From Vulcanimicrobiota bacterium (GTDB lineage: Bacteria > Vulcanimicrobiota > Vulcanimicrobiia > Vulcanimicrobiales > Vulcanimicrobiaceae), in the NCBI GenBank assembly GCA_963714015.1, contig OY970223.1:864001-928000 (forward strand): 64,000 nt of DNA, in the 5' to 3' direction. Below, in pieces: positions 60,085 to 64,000 of the stretch. How positions within the stretch are numbered: position 1 is the stretch's first letter; every line of letters begins with the position of its first letter. The position numbers and the translations under genes are program-made. The notes beneath the pieces were generated by a model, which was not told the DNA's origin, ran no database searches, and saw only the letters and a list, made by a program, of their open reading frames with translations.

Positions 60085-60741
60085 ATGATGCGCACGATCG
60101 AACCGGCGTTTGCATTGGGGGTTTGGGTGTTTCGGAGTAATTTTCTTACCGGGCTTTTAACGTCCGGCGCCGTTTTTGCGTCCACGGGCCTTGGACGTGC
60201 GGACGCGCCGTCGCCTGCGGCGTCCGCCAATCCGTACGAGCGATGCGATCGCAATTACGTGATTCCGTACAATCAGCCGCTCGAGATAAAGCATCGCGCG
60301 CTCGACGCGCCCGACATCGATTTGCAAGCCTACCGAGGCAGCGTCGTCGTGCTCAACTTTTTCGCGACATGGTGCGGCCCGTGCAATGCCGAACAGAGCG
60401 GCGTCGTGGAAGTTGCGAATACGTACTACGGTCAGGGTCTGCGCATGATTGGAATCAATTACAAAGAGGCGGACGATCGGGTTCGTAAGTACCGCGACAA
60501 ATACAAAATGGTCTATCCGATCATCATGGACGACGACGGCGGGCTTTTCGACCGGGTGGAGAACAACGACGTAGTGGCCACGGTCGCATTCCCGGTAACG
60601 TTGTTCCTGAATGAGAACGGTGAACTCACGTGCTATCGCCGCGGCGCCATGCACAAAGAGGAGCTGGTCTACAAAGTAGAACGTATGCTCAGCTTCATGC
60701 ACGGCAGCGCTTGCACCGGAACCGCGAGAACAATCTCATGA
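60085..60741 (+). CDS. TlpA/ResA-like thiol-disulfide oxidoreductase (start may be the GTG at 60127)
   Basis: LNFFATWCGPC...FPVTLFL. Confidence 0.9.
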   Translation: MMRTIEPAFALGVWVFRSNFLTGLLTSGAVFASTGLGRADAPSPAASANPYERCDRNYVIPYNQPLEIKHRALDAPDIDLQAYRGSVVVLNFFATWCGPCNAEQSGVVEVANTYYGQGLRMIGINYKEADDRVRKYRDKYKMVYPIIMDDDGGLFDRVENNDVVATVAFPVTLFLNENGELTCYRRGAMHKEELVYKVERMLSFMHGSACTGTARTIS

Positions 60742-61472
60742 CCCGAACGAGTTTGCTTTTATTATTGCTTAGCGCGTTCTGCCTGCGCGGGGCTTTCGCG
60801 GCTGGCGCGCCTTCAGACCCGGGATTGCTTTCCAAAAACCTAGGAAAATCCGCCGCTCATCTCACGTTTCAGCCGATAGACGGCGCTTTGCGCTCCTTCG
60901 TCACTCCCGGAAAACCTACGGTCGTCGTCGCGTTTGCATCGTGGTGCGCCGGATGCGTTGAGGAACTGCCGCGTACGCTTCACGACTACGAGCAATTAAA
61001 ATCGCGCGTGAGCTTCTTGGGCGTCGACTATCTCGATTCGCCGCAGCGCGGGCGCGCCTTCGTGCAGCAGCATCACATTCCGTTCCCGGTCGAGCAGTTC
61101 GCATCCGACGCCAACGCGCCTACACTGGCAACGGAGCCAATCGTTCTGCCGTCCAAGATATCCCCGCGGATGCTTCGAGGAATTGCCGAATCGCTTCCCG
61201 TCTCGAGCATGGTTCGCGTGAAAGCCGCCCTGGCGGCAAAATCTCATATGACGCACGCGCAATTCATCGCGTACGAAAATACGCACGGCATCTTCCTCGG
61301 CGATCAGCCCAAGCACCCGTGGAACCCGCCGGCGCCGCCGTCGGGCTCGATGCTCGGCCTTCCCGACGTGTTCGTCATCGACGCTTCGGGCGTCGTGCGA
61401 TCGGAGAACCAAGGCTACAGCCCCCAGACGGATCCCATTCGCGCGGGTCTGGCAAAGATCGGCGTTCGCTAG
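60738..61472 (+). CDS. TlpA-like thioredoxin with large insertion
   Basis: Signal peptide, FASWCAGC, LPDVFVID. Confidence 0.8.
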   Translation: MTRTSLLLLLLSAFCLRGAFAAGAPSDPGLLSKNLGKSAAHLTFQPIDGALRSFVTPGKPTVVVAFASWCAGCVEELPRTLHDYEQLKSRVSFLGVDYLDSPQRGRAFVQQHHIPFPVEQFASDANAPTLATEPIVLPSKISPRMLRGIAESLPVSSMVRVKAALAAKSHMTHAQFIAYENTHGIFLGDQPKHPWNPPAPPSGSMLGLPDVFVIDASGVVRSENQGYSPQTDPIRAGLAKIGVR

Positions 61473-61577
61473 TAGCTCGCCCGAGCGCGCCGCCCGTCGC
61501 TCGATCGAGCGCGTTCGCATTACTTGGCGATGATTTAGGCGGCGCTATGCGATCGAAGGATGGATCACCACGGCGAT

Positions 61578-63089
61578 CTATTTCTTGAGTTTGGCAACGT
61601 CGGCTTGCGTGACCGGCGAGGCGTGATTGGTCCCGAGCGTGGTTCGGATGTACGTGACGACGTTTGCAATGTCTTTATTCGAGAGCGTCGCTTTCCAGGG
61701 AGGCATCGTTCCATTAAACGATGCGCCGTTCACGGTGATGGGGCCGGTCTTGCCGTTCAGTACGGTGCTGATGACGTCGTTTGCATTGCCGGTGACGAAC
61801 GGGTTGCCGTTGAGAGGCGGAAAAGCTCCCGGCGTTCCCGCCCCCGCCACGCCGTGGCAGGTCGAGCAGTTCTGCTGGTAGACGCCTTGGCCGGCGTGCG
61901 CTGCGCCCGCGGCGCTGCCGCCGCCGTTGATTGCAGACTGGCTGGGCGGCCCATTTGCAGCGCCGCCGCCGGCCCCTTCGCTCATGTTCGTCGCTTCTTG
62001 TGCGGCGAGAATTTGCGATTCAGGCGCGCTGGGCGTGGTCGCCGCTTGCTTTTGCACGATTGAGACTTGGCTCCAAATCGTCAGCCACCACATTACGATG
62101 AGCGCGAACGCGACAAGCCCCATGACGACGCCGCGCGAACCCACCATGCGCGTCGTGCTGCGATCTATCCACGGAAGCAGCAGAATGAGGGTGGTAGCGA
62201 CGCCCGGAATGACGATCGCGCCGACGATTTCGTAATCGCCCGGAATCAGCTGCAGAAGTCCGAAGAGATCCAAGAAATACCACGCGGGATACGGAATGAA
62301 CGTCGAGAGCGACGGATCGGCCTTGGCATCCAAGAACGGCGGCGCGAAGGCCGCCAGCGCCAGAATTATCAGGAAGACGACCAGCGACGCGAACGCGTCC
62401 ATGAACATCTGATCCGGCCAAAAGCGGCCGACTTTGAGCGGACGCGGATCTTCGACCGGCGGTCCCGCCGGGCCGTTCCAGCGGAAGATCGCCAAATGCG
62501 CGCCGACCAGCCCTACAAGCACCGCCGGCATTAACCAAACGTGCAGACCGAAGAACCGGTTGATGGTGAGCGTACCCATCGTCGTTCCGTCTTGCGTAAA
62601 CTGCTGAATGAATTGGCCGATGCCCGGAACGGTGAGCGTGAGGTTAATCGCGACCTGCGATGCGAAGTAGGCGTCCATGTCCCAAGGCAGCAGATAGCCG
62701 GTCAGGCCCAGCACCATGGTCACGAGCAGCAGCAGCACGCCGACGATCCACTGAATTTCGCGCGGCGACTTGTAAGCGCCCCAAACCACCACTTGCAGCA
62801 AGTGCAGGAAGAGCAGCGCGATCATCGCGGACGCGCCCCAGTAATGGATGCTCAGGACGAAATGCTGAAACGGATGAACGTACATGGATCGCGTCGATTC
62901 CCACGCCGTGGATGCCGACGGTGCGTAGAAGAAACACAGGAAGATTCCGGTGACGATCTGGACGACCATCGCGAGCAGCGTGGCGCTGCCGAAGACGTAC
63001 CAGTAACTCGCTCCGCCGGGAATGTCTTCTTCTAGGAATTCCTTAGCTTGCGTGAGGAAACCGGTACGCCGCTCGATCCAGTTGAGCAT
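61578..63089 (-). CDS. qcrB: cytochrome b of a bc-type complex fused to a monoheme cytochrome c
   Basis: Heme-ligand His residues (IHYWGAS, LHL, LHV, AHL), PAWYF (PEWY equivalent), C-terminal CSTCH...MP. Confidence 0.93.
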   Translation of the reverse strand: MLNWIERRTGFLTQAKEFLEEDIPGGASYWYVFGSATLLAMVVQIVTGIFLCFFYAPSASTAWESTRSMYVHPFQHFVLSIHYWGASAMIALLFLHLLQVVVWGAYKSPREIQWIVGVLLLLVTMVLGLTGYLLPWDMDAYFASQVAINLTLTVPGIGQFIQQFTQDGTTMGTLTINRFFGLHVWLMPAVLVGLVGAHLAIFRWNGPAGPPVEDPRPLKVGRFWPDQMFMDAFASLVVFLIILALAAFAPPFLDAKADPSLSTFIPYPAWYFLDLFGLLQLIPGDYEIVGAIVIPGVATTLILLLPWIDRSTTRMVGSRGVVMGLVAFALIVMWWLTIWSQVSIVQKQAATTPSAPESQILAAQEATNMSEGAGGGAANGPPSQSAINGGGSAAGAAHAGQGVYQQNCSTCHGVAGAGTPGAFPPLNGNPFVTGNANDVISTVLNGKTGPITVNGASFNGTMPPWKATLSNKDIANVVTYIRTTLGTNHASPVTQADVAKLKK

Positions 63090-63111
63090 CGTTCTCCAAT
63101 CTTACTTTGCT

Positions 63112-63759
63112 TCAGCTTGTGTACGAGACGACAATGCGATCCGGAATGGTCGGTTTAAACCGGATCCACTCCACTTGCGCCTGACCGCTCTGCTCGCGCA
63201 GCGGCAGCGGATCCAGTCCGCGGGCTGCGGGACCGGCTATGTGCGTGCCGTCATAGTCGAACTGCGAGCCGTGGCACGGGCATTGGAACTTGTTCGCGTC
63301 GGCATTGTAATTGTACCGGCAGCCCAGATGCGGACAGATGGGGCTGAACATGACGAAGCCCATCGTCACCACTTCGTACGGAACGTTCGACTTGCCGCTC
63401 GGCGAAAACAGATCGGTCCGCGAGGTCTTGAACTTGGAAAGGTCTTTGACTTTGATGCCCCAGACCGATTCCTGAATGCTCTGCGTAGGCAAGTACGCGT
63501 CTTTCGCACTCAGGTTGAAGTCGATCTTGACCGCTTTGTCGGTAGCCGCCTGAAACTGTTTGAACTCGTTCTGGTCGAGCGGAGTCCACGTTGCGCCGCC
63601 GCTTCCGACGTCGGGAATCAGCGCGCCGACGATCGGAATGGCCAGAGCCAAGCCGATTATGCCGCCGATGGTGACGGTCGCGTTCGCCATGAACTTGCGG
63701 CGCGTGATCTCGTCATGGCTTTCGGGTTCTTCGTGGGCGCCCAGCGCGTGCGTTGCCAA
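63112..63759 (-). CDS. qcrA: Rieske iron-sulfur subunit of the bc complex
   Basis: TRRKF Tat anchor; CPHLGC...CPCHGS. Confidence 0.95.
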   Translation of the reverse strand: MATHALGAHEEPESHDEITRRKFMANATVTIGGIIGLALAIPIVGALIPDVGSGGATWTPLDQNEFKQFQAATDKAVKIDFNLSAKDAYLPTQSIQESVWGIKVKDLSKFKTSRTDLFSPSGKSNVPYEVVTMGFVMFSPICPHLGCRYNYNADANKFQCPCHGSQFDYDGTHIAGPAARGLDPLPLREQSGQAQVEWIRFKPTIPDRIVVSYTS

Positions 63760-64000
63760 ACTTCACTCTCCGCGGAAGGTGCGAATGTTTCCCAAAGATT
63801 CTACGCTCGCCCTCTCGCTTCAAGCGCCGACCTTCCTCGGAAGGCGGGGTCAAAAGGACCGGGCGCCGGCCCGCTGGCGCCCTTCAGTCCAAAGCGGCCC
63901 CGGCGGCACACCGCCATCGCGCCGAACATTTGAGCTTCGTCACGGCTCAAGGCATCGGACAGAGGCAATGCAGGCTCGCCGGTTATGATGCCCTTCTCAA

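Noticed and set aside
1..64000. CRISPR arrays, tRNA/rRNA genes, IS elements, integrases, prophage genes
   Set aside because: No regularly spaced repeats, cloverleaf-like segments or transposase/integrase motifs were seen; intergenic gaps are short.

Overview
This is a GC-rich, densely coding bacterial chromosomal segment made mostly of housekeeping genes. It carries a MATE/YtrA-GntR/ABC cassette, menaquinone UbiA/UbiD genes, pnp and rpsO, a split transketolase, PolX, a nicotinate phosphoribosyltransferase, fdhD, ilvE, a BMP-type nucleoside ABC importer, arginase, a fatty-acid desaturase, a hemC-hemB-mobA-hemL-hemA-hemD-DUF92 cluster, two TlpA-like thioredoxins and a Rieske/cytochrome b-c pair. 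The gene style (many orphan beta-propeller lipoproteins, cyclase-STAND-TPR, DUF5069) suggests Ca. Eremiobacterota/Vulcanimicrobiota, but this is inference only. About ten genes, including hemA and hemC, are broken by 1-nt indels that most likely reflect sequencing or assembly error. I saw no rRNA, tRNA, CRISPR array or mobile element. The most interesting items are: a Zn-ribbon protein/desaturase operon with a switch-like SD-sequestering leader, a candidate new S15 (rpsO) leader RNA, a DUF5069-AI-2E fusion coupled to arginase, two unannotated small ORFs bracketing the YtrA cassette, a recurring SD-less GAA-N9-12-start motif, and a decayed thiolase next to an inserted lipoprotein. All domain calls come from motif recognition by eye; no database search was run.
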